Below, piece after piece: positions 19,624 to 30,511 of a stretch of 64,000 nucleotides of DNA. The translations under genes and the position numbers were made by a program. The notes beneath the pieces are model-generated. The model did not search any database. It was given only the letters and a program-made list of their open reading frames with translations, and was not told the origin of the DNA. The stretch covers positions 260,033 to 324,032 of the forward strand of contig CAZOVJ010000001.1 of assembly GCA_964583685.1 (NCBI GenBank), in the 5' to 3' direction. Position 1 is the stretch's first letter. Each line of letters starts with the position of its first letter. Source of the DNA: an uncultured Gammaproteobacteria bacterium (lineage in GTDB: Bacteria > Patescibacteriota > Microgenomatia > UBA8517).

Positions 19624-19923
19624 TTAACTAATTTTTTCTATTTGAAGTCTTGTATATTTTGGCCTGAAACCCATTTTTCTTCTATATCTAGATTTTGCTT
19701 TAAATTTCTGGACATAAATTTTTTCTCCTTTTTCTTCTCCGAGAACCTTGAACTCTATCTTTGCTTGCCTAACCTTAGGTTTACCCAGTTTGACTTTCCC
19801 ATCACTAACTACAAGAAGCACTTCTGGTTCTGGTTTTTTGCCCCCAAGACTATCTACTAGAATCTCTTTGCCTTCAATGACCTTATATTGATGTCCTTGA
19901 AGTTTTATAATTGCATATTTCAT
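19624..19923 (-). CDS. rplU: 50S ribosomal protein L21
   Basis: '[15 protein letters not shown]' L21 N-terminus; directly upstream of rpmA. Confidence 0.9.
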   Translation of the reverse strand: MKYAIIKLQGHQYKVIEGKEILVDSLGGKKPEPEVLLVVSDGKVKLGKPKVRQAKIEFKVLGEEKGEKIYVQKFKAKSRYRRKMGFRPKYTRLQIEKIS

Positions 19924-19991
19924 GGCCTTTGTATTCTAATAGGAAAGAGCAATAAAAACAAGAAACTTTACCCCAAGGGCTGGTGGAGTTC

Positions 19992-21011
19992 TTATTTTAC
20001 TGTGCTGATAACCATTCCCAAGAGAATCATTGTTCCTAACAAAGAAGAACCGCCGGCTGAAACCAAAGGCAAAGGAATCCCGGTTATGGGAAAAAGGGCC
20101 ATATTCATACCAATGTGAACAATCGTCTGGACAAAAAGGATTAAAAAGACACCGCTAACAAATGCCCTGGCGGAAAGACTACGGGTAGAGGAAATTAGAA
20201 GAAGAATCTGGTAAAGAACAAAAAAGAATGCCAATAAAAGCAATATTGCTCCTACAAAACCCATTTCCTCGGCAACAGAAGCAAAAATAAAATCCGTATG
20301 TCTCTCCGGGAGAAAAGCCAACTGTGTCTGTACTCCCTCCCCCAAACCTCTTCCCCAAAGCCTACCAGAACCAACAGAAATCATTGATTGTAAACTATTA
20401 TATCCCCCTCTTAAAGGGTCCTTGCTGGGAGAGAAAAAAGAAATTAGACGAGCTTTCTGATAAGGAACCAGTAATTGCCAAACTACAGGTATGAAAATTA
20501 TTCCAAACAATAATATGGGGAGAAAAATTTTCTTATTAAAACCTAAAGATAGAAGGATACCAACAAAACCCACCAATGTTAGAATTGCTACTCCTAGCGA
20601 AGGCTGAACTAAAATGAGAATAATCGGTAAAGATAGGAATAGAACGGCAAAAGATATTCTCTTAAGGGAGATTTCCTTTTGAGTGAGAAAATTGGCGAAG
20701 AAAATCAGAAGAAAAGGTCTAACTATCTCGGCTGGTTGAATCGTCAAAGGACCCAATGGTATCCAACGAACAGCCCCTCTGGTAATCTGGCCAACCAAAA
20801 GAGGAAGAATAAGAAAAAGAATACTAAGAATATAAAAATGCCAAGAGAATAGAGACAATATCTCGTATTCAATTTGTGAAAAGACAATAAAGCAAGCGAT
20901 GGCTAAAATGAGATAAAGAAAATATAAAGGGAAGATAGTTGGAGCAACCGAATGGAGAATAACGATTCCAAGAAGAAGCAAAAGAGAAATACCAATAACT
21001 AATCTCTTCAT
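19992..21011 (-). CDS. SEDS-family peptidoglycan glycosyltransferase (RodA/FtsW family; RodA-like by position outside the dcw cluster)
   Basis: 10 TM; 'PERHTDFIFASVAEEMGFVGA' conserved SEDS loop. Confidence 0.75.
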   Translation of the reverse strand: MKRLVIGISLLLLLGIVILHSVAPTIFPLYFLYLILAIACFIVFSQIEYEILSLFSWHFYILSILFLILPLLVGQITRGAVRWIPLGPLTIQPAEIVRPFLLIFFANFLTQKEISLKRISFAVLFLSLPIILILVQPSLGVAILTLVGFVGILLSLGFNKKIFLPILLFGIIFIPVVWQLLVPYQKARLISFFSPSKDPLRGGYNSLQSMISVGSGRLWGRGLGEGVQTQLAFLPERHTDFIFASVAEEMGFVGAILLLLAFFFVLYQILLLISSTRSLSARAFVSGVFLILFVQTIVHIGMNMALFPITGIPLPLVSAGGSSLLGTMILLGMVISTVK

Positions 21012-23942
21012 TTACTCCACTTCCACTACTTTAAAGCTTCCCTTATTTAATCTGCGGGCTAAAGTCTTAGATAAAATTCTCTGCCTTAGTATTCTGTCCT
21101 TTGGCCACCAGGGATTTTGTAAGTTCACCTTTTGACTAAGTTCCAAGCCTTGAGTCTTTCTTTGTTTCTGAATCTTACGAATTAAGTCTCTTACCTTTGC
21201 CTCTTCTTTTAACCTAGAGGTAATTTGAGTATCAAGCTTAACAGAAAGTTTTTTACCCTTTGACCAATGAATTTGATGAATATTTAATTCCTGTTTGGCT
21301 AACTCGAGAAGCTCTTTATCTAAAACCACGACAGGACTAGATACTTCAATAGATTGAAGTGGTTGTCTTACGGGAATTTTTGCTTCTTTCCTGACAGCAT
21401 GTGCCTTCTCGACCATTTCTCTTAGAAGTTCCATCTTTTTTATTAAATCTTTTTCTGAAGGAGAGATTCTCTTTGAAGATGGCCAGTCAGAGAGATGAAC
21501 TGATTCTTTCTTGGTTAAGTTTTTATAAATTTCCTCAGAAATAAAAGGAATAATGGGAGCAAGAACTTTTGCCAGGCTTAATAACACATTGTAGTTTGTT
21601 TGATAAAAGCACTCTTTATCTTCTAAATTATCTGCCGCTAATCCAATTCTTTCCCTTGAACGTCTGACAAACCAATTAGACAAATCCTCAACAAATTTTT
21701 CAATCAAAAAAGCAGCAGAAAAGGTATCATATTCCTCTAGGGCTTTTGTAACCTTGACAATTAGCTGTTTAAGCCTTGCTAGAATCCATTTATCAAGAAC
21801 GGTAATCTGTGGACGGTAATCTGTGGACGGTGAACGGTGAACAGTGGGTTTCCAGCCATCCAAATTGGCATAAGTGACAAAAAAATTATAGACATTCCAT
21901 AGTTTCAAATAAAATTTCCTTTTTATTTCCTGAGCATTTTTGTAACTAAATAAAAGATTATCAGCAGGATTCTGTCTGGCAAACATCCAGCGCATAATAT
22001 CAACACCAATTTTATCGGCTGCCTCATTAAACTCAATAGCATTTCCCCAACTTTTATGCATTGGCCGGCCATCCTCGCCAAGTGTAGTAGCAAAACCCAA
22101 AACCATTTTAAAAGGAGCTTTATTTTCAAGAACCGTACTCATGGTAATCAAAGAATAAAACCAGTTTTTAAATTGCCCGGGAAAGCTCTCGGTAATAAAA
22201 TCGGCTGGAAACCATTTTTTCCATTGCTCTCTATTCATTAGATAAAAGGGTTCGCCTTTGTTCTCTTTGGATATTGTGGAAAAAGAAACAATACCTGCAT
22301 CCAACCAGGGATTACCAACGTCAGGAATACGCTTTGTTATCTCCCCACACTGACTACATTTTATTTTCAGTTTATCAATCCAGGGCCTATGAGGACTGTA
22401 GCCATTAAATTTACCCCATCCTTCTACCGCTCGCTTTTTAAGCTCTTCTCTACTCCCAACTACTTCAAAGCTGCCACACTTCTCGCATTCCCAAATAGGC
22501 AAAGCCAAACCCCAATATCGTTTTTTGGAAATCAACCAATCATCCATGTTATCTAGCCAATCCAACTCTCTTCGTAAGCCAAATTCTGGTATCCAATTGA
22601 TTTTTTTCACAATTGTTTTCATTTGTTTCCTTAATAGCTTATCCATTGATATATACCACTCATCTACCACTCTCCAGACAAGTTCGGTTTTACAACGCCA
22701 GCAAGCAGGATAGCGATGTCTGTAATCTTCTTCTTTAAGAAGAAAACGACCATTATCTAGCTTTCGCAAATAATCAATAATTATCCCCGGTCTCTCCTTG
22801 GCATTCTTACCGGTAAATTCACCCATATCCTGAAGATATTTTGCTTCCTCATCAATAACGTCAATTACTGGCAGTTTTTCTTTTTTACCTAATCTAAAAT
22901 CTTCAGTTCCAGCGCCCGGGGCTATATGTACAATTCCAACTCCCTCATCCTCACTTATCTCCAGAATCCTCTTATCAGATTCCACCACCCGATGCTCATA
23001 TTTCTCTAAAGCCTTTTTTACCCGGGGAAGGTTGTCAAAAGGAGATAAATAATTCAAACCCAGCAAATCACTTCCCTCCACTTCTTTTACTATCTCTAGC
23101 CCTAATTCTTTAGCCTTTTTCTGATGGAGATAATATTTCCTACTTGTAAGACTGTCTTTTGCCAAAACATAGGCCAGTTTCTTGTTAACGGCTGCGGCAA
23201 CATTTGCCGGAAGAGTCCAGGGAGTTGTTGTCCAAATCAGTAAGTATTCATCCTTTCTATCCTTTAGGGGATAGGCAATGTAAACTGCCTTGTGGACAAC
23301 TTCCTGATAATCTTCTGTTAACATCTCGTGCTGGGAAATAGCTGTTCCACAACGAGGACACCATGGGACCGAATCGCGACCCTTGTAAATCAGGCCTCTT
23401 TCATAGCATTTCCGCAAAAAACGCCAAATCATATAGTTATTAGCATCGGAAAGGGTGTAATAGGAATTTTCCCAATCCATAAAATATCCCAAGCGTTTTG
23501 ATTGCTCTGTTTGAATTTTGGCGAATTTAAAAACTCTCTTTTTACAAAGTTCAACAAATTTAGCCATGCTTTTCTGGGGCTTTCCTGGAACTAAATTTTC
23601 TATATCCTTCTTACTTTTTAATCCCAATTCTTTCTCTACCTCGACCTCCACCCAAAGACCTTGGGAATCAAATCCATTCTGAAAGCGCTGTTTGAAACCT
23701 TGCATATTTTTAAATCTCTGCCATAAATCTTTATAGGCTCTCCCCCAGGCATGATGAACTCCCATGGGATTATTGGCCGTAATTGGGCCATCCAAAAATG
23801 AGAAGTATTTTTTGGAGTCTTTGTTTTTCTGAAGATATTTTTTGACTATCCCCTTTTTATACCAATAATCCAGAATTCGCTTCTCCAGCTTCGGGAAGTC
23901 AATCTCCAAATTTACAGGCTGGAAATAATCTTCTTTAACCAT
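21012..23942 (-). CDS. ileS: isoleucine--tRNA ligase
   Basis: Class I motifs 'GPITANNPMGVHHAWGR' (HIGH region), 'WTTTPWTLPAN', 'PMHKSWGNAI' (KMSKS-like). Confidence 0.85.
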   Translation of the reverse strand: MVKEDYFQPVNLEIDFPKLEKRILDYWYKKGIVKKYLQKNKDSKKYFSFLDGPITANNPMGVHHAWGRAYKDLWQRFKNMQGFKQRFQNGFDSQGLWVEVEVEKELGLKSKKDIENLVPGKPQKSMAKFVELCKKRVFKFAKIQTEQSKRLGYFMDWENSYYTLSDANNYMIWRFLRKCYERGLIYKGRDSVPWCPRCGTAISQHEMLTEDYQEVVHKAVYIAYPLKDRKDEYLLIWTTTPWTLPANVAAAVNKKLAYVLAKDSLTSRKYYLHQKKAKELGLEIVKEVEGSDLLGLNYLSPFDNLPRVKKALEKYEHRVVESDKRILEISEDEGVGIVHIAPGAGTEDFRLGKKEKLPVIDVIDEEAKYLQDMGEFTGKNAKERPGIIIDYLRKLDNGRFLLKEEDYRHRYPACWRCKTELVWRVVDEWYISMDKLLRKQMKTIVKKINWIPEFGLRRELDWLDNMDDWLISKKRYWGLALPIWECEKCGSFEVVGSREELKKRAVEGWGKFNGYSPHRPWIDKLKIKCSQCGEITKRIPDVGNPWLDAGIVSFSTISKENKGEPFYLMNREQWKKWFPADFITESFPGQFKNWFYSLITMSTVLENKAPFKMVLGFATTLGEDGRPMHKSWGNAIEFNEAADKIGVDIMRWMFARQNPADNLLFSYKNAQEIKRKFYLKLWNVYNFFVTYANLDGWKPTVHRSPSTDYRPQITVLDKWILARLKQLIVKVTKALEEYDTFSAAFLIEKFVEDLSNWFVRRSRERIGLAADNLEDKECFYQTNYNVLLSLAKVLAPIIPFISEEIYKNLTKKESVHLSDWPSSKRISPSEKDLIKKMELLREMVEKAHAVRKEAKIPVRQPLQSIEVSSPVVVLDKELLELAKQELNIHQIHWSKGKKLSVKLDTQITSRLKEEAKVRDLIRKIQKQRKTQGLELSQKVNLQNPWWPKDRILRQRILSKTLARRLNKGSFKVVEVE
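21800..21841. repeat. perfect 14-bp tandem duplication (cggtaatctgtgga x2) followed by 7-bp tandem (cggtgaa x2) inside ileS
   Basis: Read directly; frame preserved, encodes ...HRSPSTDYRPQIT... Confidence 0.8.
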
Positions 23943-23995
23943 AGAACTTGTTTATTTTACAACAGCCGATATTTACAATCCAGCCACTTAAAAAA

Positions 23996-25153
23996 TTAGG
24001 AAATTTTGCGTAGGAATGCGGGGATATCAAATTTCTTGCCAAACTCGTCTCTTTCCTCTGTCTCAACTGGAGGCTGCTCTTCTTCTGGAAAATCTTCCTT
24101 TTTGTCTTTTTCTTCTTCTTTAGCCGATTCCTCATCACTTACTTCCTTAATGGCTGAAGGTTGATCAGCCTTAGCCATCTGGGCAATTCTAGCCTGAGTT
24201 TCATCAAAACCCGTAGCAACAACAGTGATTCTCAACTGGTCTGAAAAATCTTCTTTTAAAACCGCCCCAAAAATGATGTTCGCATCTGGGTCAGCTGCAC
24301 TTGAAATTATTCGAGCCGCTTCATCTACTTCGAACATTGTCAAATCATCCCCCCCAGCAATGTTAAACAACACCCCCCTGGCTCCTTCAATAGAAAGGTC
24401 AAGCAAAGGAGATGAAATTGCCGCTCTGGCCGCCATTTGCGCCCTGTTCCCACCTACTCCGGTTCCAATTCCCAGAAGGGATGTTCCGGCATCACTCATA
24501 ATTGCCCTTACATCGGCAAAATCAACATTGACTAAACCTGGTACAGTAATAATGTCAGCAATACCGGCAACTGCTTGCCCCAAAACGTTATCTGCCACCT
24601 TAAACGCCTCCAAAAGGGTCATCTTTCTATCAATAACATCCATCAACCTCTGATTAGGAATAACAATCAAAGTATCCACTTCATTTTTCAGATCCTCAAT
24701 TCCCTCCTCGGATATTACCATTCTTCGTGTTCCTTCAAAGGCAAAAGGTTTTGTAACAATGGCCACGGTTAAAGCTCCTGCCTCTTTAGCCAATTTGGCA
24801 ACAATTGGAGAAGCCCCTGTCCCCGTACCGCCACCCATACCAGCGGTAATAAAAACCATATCTGAATCAACTAAAAATTCTTTTATCTTCTCGACGGATT
24901 CTTTCGCCGCCTTCTTGCCAAGTTCTGGGTCGCCTCCTACACCCAATCCTTTTGTTAATTTTTCACCAATTTGCAGTTTTGTTGGCGCCGCATTTGCCAG
25001 AAGAACCTGAGCATCTGTATTGACAACAATAAACTCAACGCCAGCGATTTTTTCACCTTCAACCATCGAAGCAACGGCATTTCCACCACCGCCACCAATA
25101 CCAATGACCCTAATCTTGGCTATTCGGGCAGAATCTGGTTTTACAAGAGCCAT
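23996..25153 (-). CDS. ftsZ: cell division GTPase FtsZ
   Basis: '[11 protein letters not shown]', tubulin signature '[12 protein letters not shown]'. Confidence 0.9.
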   Translation of the reverse strand: MALVKPDSARIAKIRVIGIGGGGGNAVASMVEGEKIAGVEFIVVNTDAQVLLANAAPTKLQIGEKLTKGLGVGGDPELGKKAAKESVEKIKEFLVDSDMVFITAGMGGGTGTGASPIVAKLAKEAGALTVAIVTKPFAFEGTRRMVISEEGIEDLKNEVDTLIVIPNQRLMDVIDRKMTLLEAFKVADNVLGQAVAGIADIITVPGLVNVDFADVRAIMSDAGTSLLGIGTGVGGNRAQMAARAAISSPLLDLSIEGARGVLFNIAGGDDLTMFEVDEAARIISSAADPDANIIFGAVLKEDFSDQLRITVVATGFDETQARIAQMAKADQPSAIKEVSDEESAKEEEKDKKEDFPEEEQPPVETEERDEFGKKFDIPAFLRKIS

Positions 25154-25200
25154 ATCTTTTGTATCGTGATTCTACTACGGCTAAGTATTAAAAAACAAGT

Positions 25201-26466
25201 TCAGGGCAGGAGATCTTTTAACAAACCGCTAAATTTGGCAATTATCCCTCCAGTTGGAAACTTAATTTTTTTTACCAACGATGACAAACCTTGTGAGGAA
25301 GAATTATAGGCTCCGTATAAAATCAGGCCAATAGAAGTAGCAAAAGCAGGACTCAAAATATCATCTACTAAACCTCCAACTCCACTGGGTTTTGCTTTTC
25401 TCACCGGAAGAGAAAGAACCCTTCTGGCCGAATCAACCACCCCTACTGTTTCTGCTCCTCCGCCGGTAATAATTGCACCTGAGGGGATCCGATTAGAAAT
25501 ACCCGCTTTTTCCAAGTCCAGTCTAACCATGGTAAAAATCTCATTTAATCGAGGCCTAATAATTCCTTCAACCAAAGTCCTTCTAGAAACTTTCTTTGTT
25601 TCCTCTACCCCAAATTCCGCAATATCAAGTAGATCACGCTTAGCTTTCTTTTTTACCTTTGATTCTTTGGAAATGGCTATCTTAATCTTCTCTGCAGACT
25701 CAAGGGATACCCTCAGTCCTATTGCCAAATCATTGGTAATATTTTTAGCCCCTATGGGAATGGTTCCAGAAAAAACTAGTGCCCCATCAATAAAAGCGAC
25801 GACCGATGTTATACCACCGCCAATATCAACAAGAACACAGCCTAGTTCTTTTTCCGTTTTAGACAAGGTTGAATAACTTGATGCCAATCCAGCAAAAACC
25901 ACTTTTTCAATATCAATTCCAACTTCGTTTATTGTTTTTGTAAGATTTTTTAGGGCGGCAGAAGAGGCAGTAACCAAATGAGTCTCAACCTCTAATCTCA
26001 CCCCTGCCATGCCAATAGGATCTTTAACTCCAGTTTCTCCATCAACAATATATTCTCGCGGCAAAACATGAATTATCTGGCGAGAAGTAGGCAGGGAAAC
26101 CGCCCGGGCCGCCTCTATTACCCGGTCAACATCTTGAGGAGAAACTTCTCCACTGGGGTCGGAAATCGCCACCACTCCGGTTGAATTTTGCGAGGCGATA
26201 TGAGCTCCACCAACCGAGATAAATGCACTATCAAGATTATATCCAGCCATTCTTTCTGCTGCCTCAACAGCCTTGATTGTCGCTTCAACCGCCTCTTCAA
26301 TATTTACAATCTGCCCCTTTCTAATACCTCGAGAAGGGCTTGTAGCCGCCCCCATTATATTAATTGAGTTCTCTAAAGTTGTTGGGTCAGTGCTTACTTG
26401 GGCAATAAGAGAGACGATTTTAAACGAACCAATATCTACTGCAGCGATAATTCTGCTTTGATTCAT
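25201..26466 (-). CDS. ftsA: cell division protein FtsA (actin-like ATPase)
   Basis: 'AAVDIGSFKIVS', 'LVDIGGGITS' actin-fold phosphate motifs; upstream of ftsZ. Confidence 0.85.
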   Translation of the reverse strand: MNQSRIIAAVDIGSFKIVSLIAQVSTDPTTLENSINIMGAATSPSRGIRKGQIVNIEEAVEATIKAVEAAERMAGYNLDSAFISVGGAHIASQNSTGVVAISDPSGEVSPQDVDRVIEAARAVSLPTSRQIIHVLPREYIVDGETGVKDPIGMAGVRLEVETHLVTASSAALKNLTKTINEVGIDIEKVVFAGLASSYSTLSKTEKELGCVLVDIGGGITSVVAFIDGALVFSGTIPIGAKNITNDLAIGLRVSLESAEKIKIAISKESKVKKKAKRDLLDIAEFGVEETKKVSRRTLVEGIIRPRLNEIFTMVRLDLEKAGISNRIPSGAIITGGGAETVGVVDSARRVLSLPVRKAKPSGVGGLVDDILSPAFATSIGLILYGAYNSSSQGLSSLVKKIKFPTGGIIAKFSGLLKDLLP

Positions 26467-26485
26467 AATCAGTTAAAATTAATCT

Positions 26486-27187
26486 TCATCTTATTATAGG
26501 GTTTTTAAAACGCAAATCAATCAATCTCGGATAGATTTGCTCTCCCTCAATTTTAAAGTCTTGAGCTTCACTATTCAACCGGGAAAGAATCAATTTCAAG
26601 GAGCCTAGAAGGACATCTATCTCTCCTTCTAGAGGAAATAGTACCTGAACCCCCTGACTCAATTTAATCTCAAAACTTCCGTCTTTTATTAATGCCTGTT
26701 TTGCTCCGTAAAAATTAGACATTCTATTCAAAAGCTCTCCCCCAAATCTCACCCTTTCTGACACCTCTTTTCCAACCTCCAAATTGTTAGATTCCTCCTC
26801 AACTACAAGGATAGGAAGAAGTGTTTTCTCTTCTATACCAATAACTCTACCTTCTTTGTCAATCAAAGCAAATCCAACCAAACTTTCTCTCCTTATGGCA
26901 ACCATGGCTTTTCTCTTAATCAAATAAACATGGAGTTTGTTTGGCAGATTAAATCTTAAAGAAAAATCTATAACCTGAGTTTCATCTCCAAGAATTTTTT
27001 TCAGATCTCTCTTGACCTCATTCAAGCTCTTGTCTTCAACCCTGGCAATTAATTCAGAGAGATAGTCTGAACATGGCCCAAATTGACTGCGACAGGAAAT
27101 TTCTCTTATCTTTATAAACCTGGGAGCCAAGAAAACAAGGGAAAAAATAAAACAAATTATTAAGATAAAAAAAAATATTTTCCTCAC
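26486..27187 (-). CDS. ftsQ: FtsQ/DivIB-like cell division protein
   Basis: Single N-terminal TM followed by POTRA-like region; position between murG and ftsA. Confidence 0.5.
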   Translation of the reverse strand: MRKIFFFILIICFIFSLVFLAPRFIKIREISCRSQFGPCSDYLSELIARVEDKSLNEVKRDLKKILGDETQVIDFSLRFNLPNKLHVYLIKRKAMVAIRRESLVGFALIDKEGRVIGIEEKTLLPILVVEEESNNLEVGKEVSERVRFGGELLNRMSNFYGAKQALIKDGSFEIKLSQGVQVLFPLEGEIDVLLGSLKLILSRLNSEAQDFKIEGEQIYPRLIDLRFKNPIIR

Positions 27188-28314
27188 TTCATCGTCTCTA
27201 TAAGATCTACCAATCTAACAGAGGCCCTTTTGTCAAGAATAGATATCTTTCTATTCATACCTGAAACCATCTTGTCCCAATTTTCCTTAAGAAAAAATAT
27301 CTTTTCCTTTAATATCTCAGCCGTAAGACTATCTTGATCAAGAACCAAAGCTATTCCGCTTTTTTTTGCCAAAGCAGCGTTTTTATTTTGCTCATCCTGA
27401 TAAGACCAGGGAATGGGGACAAGAATGGCAGGCCTGGCCGTTGAAATAATCTCAGAAACAGTATTGGCCCCGGCCCGGGCAATTATAATATCCGCCCGCC
27501 TATAAACAGAGGCAATATCTGTCGGCTCAATAAAACTATAAACCTCATACCTTGCTTGCTCTTCGGAACTCATTTTCTTTCTTTTCTGGGAAAAATAATC
27601 AAAATCAGCATTACCGGTTAGGTGAATAATAATAAATGTCTTGAGTAAATCCACGAGAATTTTATCAATTGTTCTATTTATCGTTCTAGCCCCCCTTGAC
27701 CCGCCAAAAACAAACAAGGTGGGTGGAAAGTCTGGTTTTCTCTTAGGCTTAATTTCGGAAATTGCCGCCATCAACGGGTTGCCAACCAAAATAGTCTTTC
27801 TTGTTGGGAAATAAACTTTACTTTCCTTTCTGGCTAGAGCAACCCTTTTAGCAAAAATTGAAGACAATCTATTGACTAAACCAACAGCTGCAGTTTGATC
27901 ATGAATAACAATCGGTATCCTTAAAACAAAGCCTGCCAGTACAACCGGAAAAGCGGCGAAGCCGCCAAAAGACAAAATTACCTGAGGTCGAATTTTTAGT
28001 ATAAGGTAAAAGGATTGAATAAGTCCTAGAGGAATTTTAAGCAGAGAAGGAATTGTGTAGATACTCCATTTCCGCTGCAACCGTCCCATAATAACTGGGT
28101 GGTATGAAACTCCAGCTTTTTTAGAAAATAATCTGTGTTCAAGCGAGAAGACCTTGCTTCCTTCTAGGGCCTGGCTAGATCCAATCCAAAATATCTCCCA
28201 CTTACTCCTCTCACTCCTTCTGAGAATTTCTTCAATTGTGGCCAATGCCGTTGTTGCCGCATGACCACCTGTGAGAATAACTCTTTTACTTTTTTTATTT
28301 TGTCCTAATTTCAT
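27184..28314 (-). CDS. murG: UDP-GlcNAc:lipid I N-acetylglucosaminyltransferase MurG
   Basis: 'ILTGGHAAT' (GGTGGH-like), C-terminal 'RAGANTVSEI' UDP-sugar binding region; dcw position. Confidence 0.8.
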   Translation of the reverse strand: MKLGQNKKSKRVILTGGHAATTALATIEEILRRSERSKWEIFWIGSSQALEGSKVFSLEHRLFSKKAGVSYHPVIMGRLQRKWSIYTIPSLLKIPLGLIQSFYLILKIRPQVILSFGGFAAFPVVLAGFVLRIPIVIHDQTAAVGLVNRLSSIFAKRVALARKESKVYFPTRKTILVGNPLMAAISEIKPKRKPDFPPTLFVFGGSRGARTINRTIDKILVDLLKTFIIIHLTGNADFDYFSQKRKKMSSEEQARYEVYSFIEPTDIASVYRRADIIIARAGANTVSEIISTARPAILVPIPWSYQDEQNKNAALAKKSGIALVLDQDSLTAEILKEKIFFLKENWDKMVSGMNRKISILDKRASVRLVDLIETMK

Positions 28315-29413
28315 ATTTTGAAATATTCAATAATATTCCAATACTTAAAAGCACCATTGTCAAGCTTGATCCGCCATAAGAGAAAAAGGGTAAAGGAATT
28401 CCAGTCAAAGGAATGAGGGCCACCATCGAGGCAATGTTCAAAAAAATCTGGCTTCCAATCCAGGCAACAATCCCGGTTGCCAAAACAGTAGAAAAACGGT
28501 CCGGACTTTTTTTCGCCACCCTTATCGCCTGATAAATAAAAAACAGCAAAAGCATAATCAAAGCACAGCTGCCGATAAAACCAACTTCCTCGGCAACCAC
28601 AGCAAAAACAGAATCGGTTGCTGCTTCAGGTAAAAAAAGATACTTTTGCCGCGATTGACCTAATCCCACACCAAAGATTCCTCCAGAACCCAAGGCAATG
28701 AGAATTTGTCTAATATGATACGAAGACCCTAATGGATCAAGAGACCGCTGAAGATAAGTTAAAAGCCGCTGCCGTCTGTAATCAGATATGAAAACCAACA
28801 AAAACCCTAAAACTCCAAGACAGCTAGTAACAGCCAGAAAAGGCAGTAAAGAAATACCTGAGATGATAAGCTGAGCCAAAGCAATAGCCAAAACAACAAC
28901 TACCGTACCCAAATCCGGTTGTAACATTATCAATCCAGCCACTAAAAGAGCGGGTAACAGAAGATAAATCAGGCGGCACTGAGAATCTGCCAGTCGAGCA
29001 AGAAAGATGGCCAGGGTAAGTTTAACAAATTCTGAGGGCTGGAAGCTAATTGGACCTAAAGCCAACCAACGTCTTGCACCCAAAGCTCTAATCCCTATTG
29101 AAGGCAAAAGGACAATAATCAAAAAAAGTAAACTGGCAATAAAAAGTATAGGCCCTAATTTCTTCCAAAATGAATAGTGAATACCAGAGGCAATAAACAA
29201 GGCCAAGAAACCTAAAAAGCCCCAAAGAACTTGCTGCTTAACAAAATAAAAACTATCAGCAAAAAAAACTTGTGCCTGAGGAGCTGAGGCATCGGCTACA
29301 GCAACAAACCCTAAAATAGTAAGAAGAACAGTGAGAACCAAAAGGGTTTTATTGTAACTCTTTTTTTGTTTGCGTAAAACTACTGCCTTTCTTCTGGATT
29401 TTCTTCTTCGCAC
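28295..29413 (-). CDS. ftsW: SEDS-family lipid II flippase/polymerase FtsW
   Basis: 'PEAATDSVFAVVAEEVGFIGS' SEDS loop; dcw position between mraY and murG. Confidence 0.8.
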   Translation of the reverse strand: MRRRKSRRKAVVLRKQKKSYNKTLLVLTVLLTILGFVAVADASAPQAQVFFADSFYFVKQQVLWGFLGFLALFIASGIHYSFWKKLGPILFIASLLFLIIVLLPSIGIRALGARRWLALGPISFQPSEFVKLTLAIFLARLADSQCRLIYLLLPALLVAGLIMLQPDLGTVVVVLAIALAQLIISGISLLPFLAVTSCLGVLGFLLVFISDYRRQRLLTYLQRSLDPLGSSYHIRQILIALGSGGIFGVGLGQSRQKYLFLPEAATDSVFAVVAEEVGFIGSCALIMLLLFFIYQAIRVAKKSPDRFSTVLATGIVAWIGSQIFLNIASMVALIPLTGIPLPFFSYGGSSLTMVLLSIGILLNISKYEIRTK

Positions 29414-29419
29414 ATTAAA

Positions 29420-30475
29420 TTATATGGTTGCTAGCCATAAACCAAATATTGCCAACATAATACCCACCAACCAGGCTCGCATGACAATCTTTGGTTCTTC
29501 CCAGCCACGGGCCAGAAAAGCATGGTGAATTGGGGCAAGAGGGAAAATGGGACGCTTTAAAAACCTCCAGCCAAGAATTTGAATGGCTGAAGAAGCTACC
29601 TCTAATACAAATATGCCCCCGATGATAAAAAGGGCAGCCACGTTTCCCATCAACAAACCAATAACAGCAATCATTGCCCCAAAAGAAAGAGCACCGGCAT
29701 CGCCCAAAAAAATTCTGGCCGGCCAGGTATTAAAATAAAGAAAAGAGATTATTACTCCAATCCAGAGAGAGATAAAGATAAAAAGTGGAGTATCCAGATT
29801 CCCAGCAGCAATTATTATATAAGCAAAAAGATAAATCAATAAAAGACCACAAGAAAGGCCATCCAAACCGTCTGTAAAATTAAACCCATTGGCAAAGAGA
29901 ACAATAACAAAGGCAGCAAAAGGAATATAAAAAATCCCCAAATCAATCACCTTGTCTATAAAAGGAAGGTGTAAGATGTGGATGCCCAATGACCAATAAA
30001 GCCAGGCGCTAATAATAAAGGCCAGAACCCATTGAAGGAAAAACTTAATCGATCTTCCCATTCCTACCCATAGACCTAGCGTCCCCTTCCTCGGTTTACC
30101 GAATATTTTTAATAAATCATCACATAAGCCCAGAAGGCCAAAAGAAATAAAAGTCAAAAAAATGACAATTAGTTCTTCTCTTAGATGATATGCACTTTGG
30201 ATAAAGACTCCGAGATAAGAAATGACAGGGGAAAGCGTCGCAAAAAGAAGACTCACTACAAAAATTAATAATATGCCGCCACCAGTGGGTGTACCGGCTT
30301 TTATATCATGGAGCTTGTCAAAAAGGGGGATCTTACCCTTCTCCGGTGCCTCTTTTTTTCTAATTACTTTTAGTTTATAAAGGAGGTCAATAAAAGGAAC
30401 CATCAAAACACTATTGATAATAAAAGAGAAAATAACCAAACCCAAGGCCAAGGGAAAAATATTAGCTGTGATCAT
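29420..30475 (-). CDS. mraY: phospho-N-acetylmuramoyl-pentapeptide transferase
   Basis: 'NGFNFTDGLDGL' MraY signature; 10 TM. Confidence 0.9.
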   Translation of the reverse strand: MITANIFPLALGLVIFSFIINSVLMVPFIDLLYKLKVIRKKEAPEKGKIPLFDKLHDIKAGTPTGGGILLIFVVSLLFATLSPVISYLGVFIQSAYHLREELIVIFLTFISFGLLGLCDDLLKIFGKPRKGTLGLWVGMGRSIKFFLQWVLAFIISAWLYWSLGIHILHLPFIDKVIDLGIFYIPFAAFVIVLFANGFNFTDGLDGLSCGLLLIYLFAYIIIAAGNLDTPLFIFISLWIGVIISFLYFNTWPARIFLGDAGALSFGAMIAVIGLLMGNVAALFIIGGIFVLEVASSAIQILGWRFLKRPIFPLAPIHHAFLARGWEEPKIVMRAWLVGIMLAIFGLWLATI

Positions 30476-30511
30476 ATTTTCTCCAATTACAATTATAAAT
30501 AGATAATAAGC

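Noticed and set aside
24225-25309. Plus-strand ORFs (24225..24653, 24575..24772, 24759..25010, 24971..25309) inside the ftsZ region
   Set aside because: They are antisense to a strongly supported ftsZ gene, Ala/Ser/Pro-rich as expected for the reverse frame of a GC-skewed gene, and carry no motifs. Judged spurious.
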